64,000 nucleotides of DNA, from contig CBDBGZ010000009.1 of the NCBI GenBank assembly GCA_965205425.1, positions 96,001 to 160,000 on the forward strand, read 5' to 3'. This stretch comes from Nitrosopumilus sp. (GTDB lineage: Archaea; Thermoproteota; Nitrososphaeria; Nitrososphaerales; Nitrosopumilaceae). Positions 50,494 to 60,106 of the stretch are shown piece by piece (the first letter of the stretch is position 1; every line of letters begins with the position of its first letter). The translations under genes were made by a program, and so were the position numbers. The notes below the pieces were generated by a model. The model ran no database searches. It saw only the letters and a program-made list of their open reading frames with translations, and was not told the DNA's origin.

Positions 50494-50667
50494 ATGGTAG
50501 GTCCACAAGACGGAGGATTTGGATTTGATCAATCAAAAAAATACACAAAAGTAGAGAATATTGAAGAAATTTGTGTTCAATGCCAAGCAGGTCAACACAA
50601 AAAATGTCTAAAGAAATCCAAAGAACAAGAAGTTTGTGAATGCGAACATTGTATGATTTACGGTTAA
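50494..50667 (+). CDS. 57-aa Cys/His-rich microprotein (not in ORF track)
   Basis: CVQC..GQH..C...CECEHC. Confidence 0.65.
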   Translation: MVGPQDGGFGFDQSKKYTKVENIEEICVQCQAGQHKKCLKKSKEQEVCECEHCMIYG

Positions 50668-50714
50668 AGAAATAAGATAATTCTAATCAATAACACAATG
50701 TATAGAAAATGAAA

Positions 50715-51047
50715 TTAAATTCCAGATAGTTTATTTTCTAATTCTTGAATTTCTTTTTGATAAGATTCAGATACATTATGTGCAAATTCTTTGTGAGCAG
50801 AAATAATACTTGTTAATGCATCCTTGTAGTTAGGATGTCCTTTTTTGAGTACATCACAGGATTCAAGGGATGTAATATGCCCAGTAACGGTTGCAATTGC
50901 ATTTTTTTGATTAAATTGTACAATACCACCAAAGGCCTCAATGAGCATGTATGCAGATTCTGCTTTACATTTGTAAGTAACTCGTCCAGTCTCAGTGTTG
51001 AATAGTTGTGTAATGCCACCAGGCTTTCTAGTTACTGTAACTGTCAT
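50715..51047 (-). CDS. Hypothetical protein
   Basis: 110-aa ATG ORF downstream of ferritin. Confidence 0.65.
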   Translation of the reverse strand: MTVTVTRKPGGITQLFNTETGRVTYKCKAESAYMLIEAFGGIVQFNQKNAIATVTGHITSLESCDVLKKGHPNYKDALTSIISAHKEFAHNVSESYQKEIQELENKLSGI

Positions 51048-51089
51048 AGAAGGATTGGAAATGATGGAGTATTAATTATTTTAGAAACT

Positions 51090-51602
51090 CTATACTGCAG
51101 GTTCAGGTGTTGCGGCATCGGCTGCAAGAATTTTATCTATTTCATTTATTGCAAGTTTATCTCGTCCAATAAGATCAAACTTTTGTAATAAAGTTTCAAA
51201 CTTTGTTTCTTCTTGGACTTGTTCGTTTACAAACCATTCTAGAAACGCATACGTTGAATGATCTTTTTCCTTTTGAGTAATTTCGACCATTTTGTGAATT
51301 GCTTTTGTAACAGTTTGTTCATTTTTCAATGCAGTTTTGATTAATCCTTCAAGTGATTTGTAAGAACTAGCAGGGGCTTTGATTGCAGGAATGCTTGCTA
51401 TTGCACCCATATCATTAAGATAATGTACAATTTTTAGCATGTGAGTCCTTTCTTCATCAGATTGTACGTAGAAGTAATTTGCAGCCCCTTGATATCCAGT
51501 AACTTCACACCAAGATGCCATTGCCAAGTAACTATTTGATGCAGATGCTTCTAAAGTAACTTGATCATTTAATGCTTTTTTCATTTTAGTGGAAATTTTC
51601 AT
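51090..51602 (-). CDS. Non-heme ferritin
   Basis: ALN.Q...E, YLAMASW, EE..H, FL.WFV.EQV.EE ferroxidase ligands. Confidence 0.93.
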   Translation of the reverse strand: MKISTKMKKALNDQVTLEASASNSYLAMASWCEVTGYQGAANYFYVQSDEERTHMLKIVHYLNDMGAIASIPAIKAPASSYKSLEGLIKTALKNEQTVTKAIHKMVEITQKEKDHSTYAFLEWFVNEQVQEETKFETLLQKFDLIGRDKLAINEIDKILAADAATPEPAV

Positions 51603-51654
51603 AAAAAGAATTTGGATTCATTAAATTTAAAGGATTAGGAAGAGAATTTGATTT

Positions 51655-52696
51655 TGTTCTTTCCAGAAATTATTTCGTGTCACTTTCATGAGTAATTCCT
51701 CCATAGAATGCTTGGGTCTATGAGTATTTCGTTTGTTATCATCTTGGAGTGATACGCATCAGATGGTGTCTCCATGTTATCCAAGTCTAGTGCGCCATGA
51801 ACTCTAATGTGATTGTACCAATGCATAAACTGCTCCACTGACTCAAAGTATTCTATTTTACACTCAAAGATATCCCAGAACTTTTCTAGCTTACCATTTG
51901 TTTGTGGATGTCTCACTCTTGTACGAGAGTGCTTTACGTGATGTCTCATTAGTTGCTGCTCAAAGTCTACTGGCTTGTTATGATCAAGAGTATTGACATT
52001 TGATGTGAACTGTTTTCCATTATCAGATAGTACAGATGCTGGTCTACCGTGATTCTTTATTGCATCAGATAGTACTGCAGAAGAATTCACAGATGTTGCC
52101 TCATCATACCCTCCGAAACCCGTGATAAATCGTGAGGCATCATCTTCAAATGCAATTAGTTGTTTTCCTGCCCAGCGTGAATCATGTATTGTGTGCCAGT
52201 CAGTATGCCACAGTGAATTTGAATATTCACGTTCATACCTGATCCACTTTCTTCTCATCTTTTTCCGTGGTTGCTCAACTGATAATCCTTCATCTAGCAT
52301 AATCTTGTGGATGCGATTGTGGTTTATCTTGGTATTGTACAATTTTGATATGATTTTCTCAAGGTATAGTGCGTTTGTATGAAATTTTTCTTGAACTTGT
52401 TTGACTAGCTCTATCTCGTGTACAGTGACTGGCTTTTTTGGACGCCCTGGTCTTTTGAGTGTGGGAATCTTTTTGGTTTTTTTGTACTGAGAGTAGACTT
52501 GTTGTACTCTTCTAGGCGTTATCTTGAGGATTACTGAAATATCTAAATTCTTGACTTTTTCATTTTTAGATTGTATAATCCACCTGATCTTATTCTCATC
52601 TAACTTTACCATAGGTATGCCACGATACCCACGCATACGATAGTATGGGAATGATGCTCTCCTAGTTAAGGGGTGAAATAATTTCCGGAAAAGATA
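51655..52696 (-). mobile_element. IS481-family insertion sequence, copy 2 (intact)
   Basis: About 7 differences from copy 1 by eye; TSD GAAGAGAATTTGATT at 51639-51653 and 52697-52711 (left boundary ambiguous by 1 nt). Confidence 0.93.
51686..52612 (-). CDS. IS481-family DDE transposase
   Basis: Same protein as copy 1 apart from V>G in FGVYD. Confidence 0.92.
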   Translation of the reverse strand: MVKLDENKIRWIIQSKNEKVKNLDISVILKITPRRVQQVYSQYKKTKKIPTLKRPGRPKKPVTVHEIELVKQVQEKFHTNALYLEKIISKLYNTKINHNRIHKIMLDEGLSVEQPRKKMRRKWIRYEREYSNSLWHTDWHTIHDSRWAGKQLIAFEDDASRFITGFGGYDEATSVNSSAVLSDAIKNHGRPASVLSDNGKQFTSNVNTLDHNKPVDFEQQLMRHHVKHSRTRVRHPQTNGKLEKFWDIFECKIEYFESVEQFMHWYNHIRVHGALDLDNMETPSDAYHSKMITNEILIDPSILWRNYS

Positions 52697-53958
52697 GAAG
52701 AGAATTTGATTATTAAAAATAATAATGCAAATCCAATTAAAAATACAATTCCTATAACACTAGTAATTTTCATAATTACAGATGGATGGTCTAATTTTGG
52801 AAGGTATTTTCCAGTAACTAGTCTAAAATTGAAAATAGCAATTATTGGGGCAACGACAAAAGACAAAACAGTAGCAAAATCTACTAGGGCTTTGAGATTA
52901 TTACCAAACTGGAAGATTACAATTAGTGAACCAATTGCAATTATCAAAAGAAGAGCAATATACAAAATTCTAGATTTTACACCTTGAATATTCTCATTTT
53001 GAGTAAAAAGGAGTTCAATAGTTCTTTTCAGAGACCTAGAATATCCATCAAATACTGCAATAATAGTTCCAAACATTATTGCAAAAGCTGAAGCTGAAAT
53101 TATGACATGACTCCAATCTCCAATGGTTTGAGTGTATAACGTAACTACTTCATGTGCAAATTGAGCATTGTTATTTGGAAGTTCTTCTCCAGACCCAAAG
53201 AAAATGTAAGAACCCAAAGTTACAAACATTATTGCAAGAACACCTGTAAGAAAATATGCAAATTTGAATTCAAATATAGTTTCTTTTAATCGAGGTTTGT
53301 AGTTTGATTGTTTAATTCGTTCTAATGTCCACAAACTATTCCAACTAGATATTTCTAAAGGTGCAGGCATCCAACCCATTAATGCCAACAAAAAGAAAAT
53401 ACCAGATACGGTTAGCAAATCTTTTGGTGTAAATCCTTCAACAGGTTCTATTGGTCCATTGTATAAAACAAGAAGAAAAGCAGTTACAGTAGATACCAAC
53501 ATTACTATTGCAACAATTTTAATCAAACTATCAAGAGCATTATATTTTCCAATTACCAATATCACAACACAGATAGCAAATAAAATAACTACAGTCCACT
53601 CACCTAAAAAATTAATTCCAAAAAGATTCTCAAAAAATCCTGCAGTAACAAATCCTACTGCACCTGTAACAAAAAACATTGAAGTGATTATTAAAATAAA
53701 ATATAGCCATAATGCAGGTTTGCCTAGTTTTTTGTAACCATCTATGATACTGGTTTGTGTAGAATTAGCATAACGGGAACCATATTCAAAGAAAGGATAT
53801 TTCAATATTATGGCTAAAATTACAAATCCCATAATCAACAAGCCAAAGTCAGCACCAGCTCTTGTAGATTGAATTAGATGTGAAACGCCAATGGCAGTAC
53901 TAGCAAATAAAATACCAGGTCCTGCAGTTTTGAAAAATCTAGATAATTTTTGATTCAT
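52666..53958 (-). CDS. Nramp-like divalent metal transporter; last 9 aa come from the IS end
   Basis: GPGILFA..AIG.SHL...T.AGA.FG, MGWMP; about 11 TMs. Confidence 0.85.
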   Translation of the reverse strand: MNQKLSRFFKTAGPGILFASTAIGVSHLIQSTRAGADFGLLIMGFVILAIILKYPFFEYGSRYANSTQTSIIDGYKKLGKPALWLYFILIITSMFFVTGAVGFVTAGFFENLFGINFLGEWTVVILFAICVVILVIGKYNALDSLIKIVAIVMLVSTVTAFLLVLYNGPIEPVEGFTPKDLLTVSGIFFLLALMGWMPAPLEISSWNSLWTLERIKQSNYKPRLKETIFEFKFAYFLTGVLAIMFVTLGSYIFFGSGEELPNNNAQFAHEVVTLYTQTIGDWSHVIISASAFAIMFGTIIAVFDGYSRSLKRTIELLFTQNENIQGVKSRILYIALLLIIAIGSLIVIFQFGNNLKALVDFATVLSFVVAPIIAIFNFRLVTGKYLPKLDHPSVIMKITSVIGIVFLIGFALLFLIIKFSSIFSGNYFTP

Positions 53959-53962
53959 TATA

Positions 53963-54328
53963 TCAGACAGGAACTATATTCCAGGAATCATCAACCCAAA
54001 CACCAATAATTTTGGCATTAAAATTCCACGATGAAATTACTTTAACTGCATTTTTAATTTGGGCAATATGTTCTTCATCAGATACAGGATTTGCAGCACA
54101 ATCATAGTGACCAGATACAACAACTAGTTCAGATTTGTGGGCATTGATAGAAATTCCAATTTTTGTTTTAATTGATTCAACTACATTAGAGATGGTTTTA
54201 TCTACGCCAGGTTCTGTTATTGTATCCACATAATCTGCTGAAAAATTTTCTTTTATCCACTTGTTTAGTGGAATCTGAATTCTTCCATCCATACAAGATA
54301 CAGATGTTGCAAATTTTCCTTCAGCCAT
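53963..54328 (-). CDS. Putative beta-like carbonic anhydrase
   Basis: CMDGR and H.DC zinc-ligand motifs, ITEPG. Confidence 0.75.
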   Translation of the reverse strand: MAEGKFATSVSCMDGRIQIPLNKWIKENFSADYVDTITEPGVDKTISNVVESIKTKIGISINAHKSELVVVSGHYDCAANPVSDEEHIAQIKNAVKVISSWNFNAKIIGVWVDDSWNIVPV

Positions 54329-54358
54329 GATTAATTGAAAAATAATCTACCTTAAAAA

Positions 54359-54913
54359 TTATTTTTTATACAAATAACAATCAGAGGTATGATCATTTAC
54401 CATACCTATTGCTTGCATCAAGGCATAACAAATTGTAGGGCCTACAAAATTAAAACCACGTTTTTTAAGATCTTTACTTAATTTTTCAGAAATTTCAGTT
54501 GATGCAGGCAAATCAGACATTTTTTTGAATTTATTTTTAATGGGTTTGTGATTCACAAATTCCCACAAATAGTCATCAAAAGAACCAAATTCTGATTGGA
54601 TTTTTAAGAACTGTTTTGCATTGTTAATTGCAGAATTCACTTTGAGACGATTTCGAATTATCGATTCATCTAAAAGCATCTTTTCAACACGCTCTTGAGA
54701 ATATTTTGCTACTTTTTTTGGGTTAAAATTTGAAAATACCTTCCTATATCCATCTCGTCTTTTGAGGATAGTCACCCATGAAAGGCCAGCCTGAGCCCCC
54801 TCCAATATCAAAAATTCAAATAATTTTTGATCATCATGTTCAGGAATTCCCCATTCATTATCATGATATGTTGTATTTGGTTCGTCTTTTGCCCACGTAC
54901 ATCTCTTTTTCAC
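54359..54913 (-). CDS. tag: DNA-3-methyladenine glycosylase I
   Basis: RC.W, YHD.EWG, LEGAQAGLSW, FVGPTI, NDH..C. Confidence 0.93.
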   Translation of the reverse strand: MKKRCTWAKDEPNTTYHDNEWGIPEHDDQKLFEFLILEGAQAGLSWVTILKRRDGYRKVFSNFNPKKVAKYSQERVEKMLLDESIIRNRLKVNSAINNAKQFLKIQSEFGSFDDYLWEFVNHKPIKNKFKKMSDLPASTEISEKLSKDLKKRGFNFVGPTICYALMQAIGMVNDHTSDCYLYKK

Positions 54914-54961
54914 AGTTTGATTTATCAAATGATACAAAATATTAGTTACTAAAGAAAGATT

Positions 54962-55387
54962 ATGAAACTAAATCCACAGCTAGTACAAATTAACAGAAAC
55001 TTTCTCATTTGTTTTGTTATTTCAGCATCACTATCTGCTGTAGCATCTCAACTATTAGGAGATCAAGAAAATTATCTCAACACAACAATCACAATAATTA
55101 TTGGATACATCATTTACTTTGGAATTTTTTCAATCTTGTTTTATTTTGATAACAGGGATCGTTACAAATCCATGAAATCAAATTTAATAAAAAAAGAATT
55201 GTTAACTTTAATTTCATCATTTGGGGTAGGTGAAATAATTTATCTCGGAATCAGATGGCCAACTCTGTATTACTTTTTAGAAATTGGGATTGAACCGTAT
55301 TTGGCATCACTAATTTCAGAAGTTATTACAACAGGATGCTATATGACATCAGTAACGATTTTTTTAAGAAAAACAAAAACGTTTTAG
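54962..55387 (+). CDS. Small multi-TM membrane protein (GtrA-like topology)
   Basis: Four hydrophobic segments. Confidence 0.65.
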   Translation: MKLNPQLVQINRNFLICFVISASLSAVASQLLGDQENYLNTTITIIIGYIIYFGIFSILFYFDNRDRYKSMKSNLIKKELLTLISSFGVGEIIYLGIRWPTLYYFLEIGIEPYLASLISEVITTGCYMTSVTIFLRKTKTF

Positions 55388-55786
55388 TTATTTTGCTAAC
55401 TGGGTAACTAAATCAGTGGATGTGATTACCCCTACTATTTTTCCATTTTCAGTTACGGCTAATTTTCTAATTTTTTTAGTTGTCATTCTTTCTGCTGCAG
55501 CAGAGATTGGTTCATTGTGATTAATCGTAATCAAAGGAGTTGACATTATGTTTTCTACAGCAGTTGCAAGAGGAAGATCATTTGCTGCAATTCTTGTTGC
55601 ATAATCTCTGTCAGTTACAATGCCCACAGGTTTACCATTATCTTGGACAAATACTGCTCCTATTCCACCTTGTTCCATCATTTTTGCAACTTGCAATGCA
55701 GTAGTAGAACAATTAACAGTGATTAATGCTTTGGTCATAATATCCTGAATTAGAATAGAAGAATAATTGAAATCTTCACGACTCAT
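55388..55786 (-). CDS. CBS-pair protein
   Basis: DIMT, VGIVTDRD, VGVITSTDL. Confidence 0.92.
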   Translation of the reverse strand: MSREDFNYSSILIQDIMTKALITVNCSTTALQVAKMMEQGGIGAVFVQDNGKPVGIVTDRDYATRIAANDLPLATAVENIMSTPLITINHNEPISAAAERMTTKKIRKLAVTENGKIVGVITSTDLVTQLAK

Positions 55787-55846
55787 TATTTGGTTAAGGG
55801 ATCATAATATTTAAGATCTTCAGATTCAAATAAAAAATTTGGGCGA

Positions 55847-55939
55847 TTAAATTTTAGAGAGAATCTTTTTCTTTTTTTCTTCAAATTCTTTCTTTGTAAT
55901 AATTCCTGCCTTTTGTAAATCTCCAAGTTTTTTTAACAA
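55847..55939 (-). pseudogene. SHOCT-domain 3' fragment
   Basis: LLKKLGDLQKAGIITKKEFEEKKKKILSKI*; in-frame stop a few codons upstream. Confidence 0.7.
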
Positions 55940-55940
55940 A

Positions 55941-56141
55941 GATCTATTCAAAAAATTCTACCAAGTTGATGCAACACTCACTAGAGAACGAGGTGGAAGT
56001 GGATTAGGTTTAGCAATCTGTAAAGGAATTATCGATAACCATCACGGTGAAATTTCTGTTCACAGCATTCCAAATCAAGGTGCAACATTTTCATTTACAA
56101 TTCCAAAAAACCATAGTGAAACAGCAAAAACAGCATTATAA
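55941..56141 (+). pseudogene. Sensor histidine kinase 3' fragment (HATPase F/G2 boxes)
   Basis: DLFKKFYQVDATLTRERGGSGLGLAICKGIIDNHHGEISVHSIPNQGATFSFTIP; no start, H, N or G1 box. Confidence 0.85.
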
Positions 56142-56218
56142 TCTACTTAAAGAAAACAAACTTTCAGAACTAAAATCACTCACACTCTTGACAAAATGTA
56201 GATTTATTCAAATACATT

Positions 56219-56359
56219 ATGGAACAGTCTCACGATAAAAATAAGGAATTTTACAAAAATTGTACTGAATATTTTGAATTTTTACGTAAAAAAGGCACCA
56301 CAGATTATGAATTTGAAGACGAATACTATTTCACCATGCCTGCAATTTCAAGTCATTAA
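56219..56359 (+). CDS. 46-aa aromatic-rich microprotein (not in ORF track)
   Basis: MEQSHDKNKEFYKNCTEYFEFLRKKGTTDYEFEDEYYFTMPAISSH*. Confidence 0.6.
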   Translation: MEQSHDKNKEFYKNCTEYFEFLRKKGTTDYEFEDEYYFTMPAISSH

Positions 56360-56399
56360 CTAACAGAAGACTTACGAATCGCTTAAAAATTCAGATATC

Positions 56400-57812
56400 A
56401 TGGATACGGAGTTACAAAATCTTGCAGAAAAGGCAATTAATTATGCTGAGAAATCAGGGGCCAAATATTGCGATGTAAGGGCAGAACAACAAGAACTAAA
56501 ATCAGTACTTTTAGAAAACAATGAAACAGAATATGTCAATACAAATGATGATAGAGGAATAGGAATTAGAATTATCAAAGACAACATATGGAGTTTTTGT
56601 TCAATTACAAATCCAAAATCATATGATCAAATTAAAGATGCAATTGATAATTCTTTTAAAATTAACAATGACAATTCAAAAAATGAAATTGATCTTCATC
56701 CAAATATTATAAAGAAAATTAAAGTGGATTATCCAGTAATAATAAAACCAGAAATAGATGAGATAATTAAATTAGGGTTAGAGTGTAATAAAATTATTTT
56801 AGATACTCCAAAAATTATAAAGTCAATTGTACATCCATGGTATACAACAAATTCAAAATACTTTGTAAATTCAGAGGGCTCAGAAATATTACAAAACTTT
56901 ACAGATGTTGTAATAGATATGATAGCAACTGCACATGAATCTGGAATCACACAATCTCTAAACATTACTGAGGGAGGACGCGGAGGATTAGAACAAATTA
57001 TTGATAAAAATAAAATTCAACATAGTGCAAAAGAGATTTCAATTAAAGCATCACAATTAACACTTGCAAAATCAGCTAAAGAAGAAAAAGCTACAGTAAT
57101 TATGAATCCAGATTTTGTGTCTTTACTTACACATGAAATATTGGGACATCCATCTGAAGCAGATAGAGTATTAGGAAAAGAGATGGCATGGGCAGGAGGT
57201 GCATGGTGGAAAAATAAGATTGGAGAAAAAATCGGGTCAGATAATCTAAATGTGTTTGATGATCCGACAATAAAAGAAAGTTTAGGATGGTATTTGTTTG
57301 ATGATGAAGGAGTTGAAACTAAAAAAACTAATCTTGTGGAAAATGGAGTATTGAAAAGTCATATGCAAAATAGAGAGACATCTCAAATTTTTAATTCCCC
57401 TCCAACAGGAAACATGAGAGCCACAAACTATAGATTCATGCCTCTGATTCGTATGGCTTGTACTTGTATAGATAAAGGAGATTGGAATGTGGATGAAATG
57501 ATAAAAGATGTCAAAGAAGGTTATCTTATTTCAAATATGAAAATCCCTTCAATAGACATGAAACGTTACAATTGGAGCATATCATGCCAATATGCACAAA
57601 AAATTGAGAATGGTGAAATTAAAGATTTGTTAAGAGATGTAATAGTCATGGGAACAGCACCAGATTTCTTCAAATCAATAGATGCATGTGGAAATGATTT
57701 TACAGTTAGGCCCATAACAAATTGTGGGAAAGGAGATCCGATGCAATCAATGATAATGGGGAATGGAGGACCATCCATAAGAGGCACTGCAACGGTAAAG
57801 AGTGTAAATTAG
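56400..57812 (+). CDS. tldD: TldD-family metalloprotease
   Basis: HEILGHPSE, FDDEG, CGKG.P.Q. Confidence 0.9.
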   Translation: MDTELQNLAEKAINYAEKSGAKYCDVRAEQQELKSVLLENNETEYVNTNDDRGIGIRIIKDNIWSFCSITNPKSYDQIKDAIDNSFKINNDNSKNEIDLHPNIIKKIKVDYPVIIKPEIDEIIKLGLECNKIILDTPKIIKSIVHPWYTTNSKYFVNSEGSEILQNFTDVVIDMIATAHESGITQSLNITEGGRGGLEQIIDKNKIQHSAKEISIKASQLTLAKSAKEEKATVIMNPDFVSLLTHEILGHPSEADRVLGKEMAWAGGAWWKNKIGEKIGSDNLNVFDDPTIKESLGWYLFDDEGVETKKTNLVENGVLKSHMQNRETSQIFNSPPTGNMRATNYRFMPLIRMACTCIDKGDWNVDEMIKDVKEGYLISNMKIPSIDMKRYNWSISCQYAQKIENGEIKDLLRDVIVMGTAPDFFKSIDACGNDFTVRPITNCGKGDPMQSMIMGNGGPSIRGTATVKSVN

Positions 57813-57815
57813 AAA

Positions 57816-58409
57816 ATGAACCAAAAATTAGAAAAGATAAAACAAAATGTAATTGAATGTACAAAATGTGAACTGAGTGAAACCAGAGCAAACTCTGTAC
57901 CAGGTAAAGGGAATTTTCACTCTAATGTGATTTTTGTGGGAGAGGCACCCGGAAAAAATGAAGACAAGCATGGAGAGCCATTCATCGGAATTGCTGGAAA
58001 AAAATTATCAGCAGCTTTAGAAAATGCAGGAATAACAAGGGATGAAGTATACATTACAAACATTGTAAAATGTAGACCTCCAAAAAACAGAGTTCCTACT
58101 ACAAATGAAAGAAACACGTGTCAAGAATATCTAAAACAGGAAATTTCAATTATCAAACCAAAAATAATTTGCATATTAGGAAATACTGCATTTAATTCAC
58201 TTTTAGGAGGTTCAGAAATTACAAAATTCAGAGGCAAAGTAGTTACAAAAGATAATCAATTATATTTTTTAACTGTACATCCAGCAGCTACAATTTACAA
58301 TCAAGAACTAATTCAAGTATTAAATAATGACATTCGAAAATTATTTGGTTTAATCACAGAGTTAAAAAACAATAAAGAAATTAAAATAGATATTGACTAT
58401 TCTGCCTAG
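57816..58409 (+). CDS. Uracil-DNA glycosylase family 4
   Basis: CTKC, VGEAPG, TNIVKCRPP.NR, HPAA. Confidence 0.93.
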   Translation: MNQKLEKIKQNVIECTKCELSETRANSVPGKGNFHSNVIFVGEAPGKNEDKHGEPFIGIAGKKLSAALENAGITRDEVYITNIVKCRPPKNRVPTTNERNTCQEYLKQEISIIKPKIICILGNTAFNSLLGGSEITKFRGKVVTKDNQLYFLTVHPAATIYNQELIQVLNNDIRKLFGLITELKNNKEIKIDIDYSA

Positions 58410-58950
58410 GGAATTTTATTCAAAAGATACAGTAACTGTTGCAAAAAATCTCTTAGGGAAAAAAATTATTAGGAAAATAGGAAAACAGGAAATTTCAGGG
58501 ATCATTATTGAAACTGAAGCATATAGGCATAAAGACGATCCAGCAAGTCACGCATTTAACAAAATAACCAAAAGAAACAAGGTTATGTTTGAAGAGGTAG
58601 GTTTAGCATATGTTTATTTCACATATGGAATGTACTTTTGTTTCAATGTTGTAGCCCGAAAACCCAAAATGAAAGCAGGTGCAGTATTAATTCGTGCAAT
58701 TAAACCTGAAAAAGGAATTAAGATTATGCAGACTAATAGAGGCAATGTAAATTTGAAAAATCTTTCCAATGGACCAGCAAAATTAGCACAAGCACTCAAT
58801 ATCACCAAAGAACATTATGGGATAGATCTGACAAAAAAATCAAAACTGTTTATATCTGAAGGAATTAAATCAAAAAAAATAATTGCATCACCAAGAGTAG
58901 GAATTACAAAAGCTACTGACAAATTATGGAATTTTAAAATAACAATCTAA
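58393..58950 (+). CDS. mpg: 3-methyladenine DNA glycosylase (AAG/Mpg type)
   Basis: IIETEAY, DPASH, YVY.TYG, AVLIRA, NGPAKL, RVGI. Confidence 0.93.
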   Translation: MTILPREFYSKDTVTVAKNLLGKKIIRKIGKQEISGIIIETEAYRHKDDPASHAFNKITKRNKVMFEEVGLAYVYFTYGMYFCFNVVARKPKMKAGAVLIRAIKPEKGIKIMQTNRGNVNLKNLSNGPAKLAQALNITKEHYGIDLTKKSKLFISEGIKSKKIIASPRVGITKATDKLWNFKITI

Positions 58951-59579
58951 TCTTTATTGTTTTCATCTAATGTCCAAGGTGCAAACTTTCCAAGAATTCT
59001 TGCCCAATCTAATCTTAATAACAACACAATAACTGCAGTCATCATTACTCCAAAAATTATAATTCCAATGTAGATAGGAGTAGCATCATTAACATTTTCA
59101 AGATAAGGTTCGATTAAAGATAATCCTAAATGATGTGAAATAAATACAATTGAATAACTTAGTACAATTTTTCCAGTCAAAGTTGCAATAAAGAATCGCT
59201 TTGGATTGTATTTTGCTAATCCTAACGGCACATACACCAAATCATCAGGAATTGGAGTTGCTGCAGCAAAAAATGCTGCTGCTGCACCATATTTTTTAAT
59301 TAATCTTTCAAATGGGCGCATTCGTTTTCGAGTTTTTTCATTAATCATTCTCCTACCTCTAGAGCTAATGTAAAAAATAATTTGTTTTGCAATAGTTGCA
59401 GTTATTGCAGATACCAATGCCAAAATATGTAGATCGTATTGATTGCCAACAGACATTGTAGCAAGAAGTAAAAATCCAGGTAATGGAACAAAAGGTACCA
59501 AAGAACCAAAGAAATTGACCAAAGCTAAAAGAGAATAACCCACATCGGGGGCAAATGGAAATATGTCAATAAAATCCAC
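58947..59579 (-). CDS. DedA/VTT-domain membrane protein
   Basis: PFVPLP, ATPIPDD...PLG. Confidence 0.85.
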   Translation of the reverse strand: MDFIDIFPFAPDVGYSLLALVNFFGSLVPFVPLPGFLLLATMSVGNQYDLHILALVSAITATIAKQIIFYISSRGRRMINEKTRKRMRPFERLIKKYGAAAAFFAAATPIPDDLVYVPLGLAKYNPKRFFIATLTGKIVLSYSIVFISHHLGLSLIEPYLENVNDATPIYIGIIIFGVMMTAVIVLLLRLDWARILGKFAPWTLDENNKD

Positions 59580-59714
59580 AAATCAAACTATTTTTGACGT
59601 TATTTAATGAAAACGATGTTTTTGGAGAATAATTAGTTATTTTGAATATGAAAATAAACGTGTAAAATGTAATATCAATACATCAAAGAAGCAACCAGTA
59701 TTTCACAAATTCAA

Positions 59715-60086
59715 TTAACCATCATTAAATTCCTGAATGATCTTTTTTTGGATAATTTCTAACTTGGATTCAATTTCAAGTATATCACAATCAATATCAG
59801 TACTTACCAACATCAAATCATTCTCACCAATAGAAAGAGTGATTAGATATACCTCATCATATCTAGATATCTCAAAATGAGGCATTCCAAGTTTGTGTTT
59901 TAATGATTTTCTTGACCCCCAACGAATAACTGCAGATCGTAAACTACTCATAGTTTCATCAATTGTAAGTATAGATTCTAATCCATCACGAAGTAAACAA
60001 GTTAATTCTGATTGATAATAAAGTCCTACAAATCTGATTTTAGGATCAAGTGATATAATTTCTTTACAAAATTCATCCAAATTCAC
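59715..60086 (-). CDS. Thaumarchaeal DUF6659/roadblock-like protein
   Basis: C..I..LDPKIRFVG...R.GL; start GTG 60086 (the longer ORF runs into the IS). Confidence 0.7.
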   Translation of the reverse strand: MNLDEFCKEIISLDPKIRFVGLYYQSELTCLLRDGLESILTIDETMSSLRSAVIRWGSRKSLKHKLGMPHFEISRYDEVYLITLSIGENDLMLVSTDIDCDILEIESKLEIIQKKIIQEFNDG

Positions 60087-60106
60087 ACCATAGGAAGGGA
60101 AACATA

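Noticed and set aside
35115..52696. Composite transposon formed by the two IS481 copies
   Set aside because: Each copy has its own distinct TSD, so they inserted independently; the enclosed genes (lysS, purM, elp3) are core
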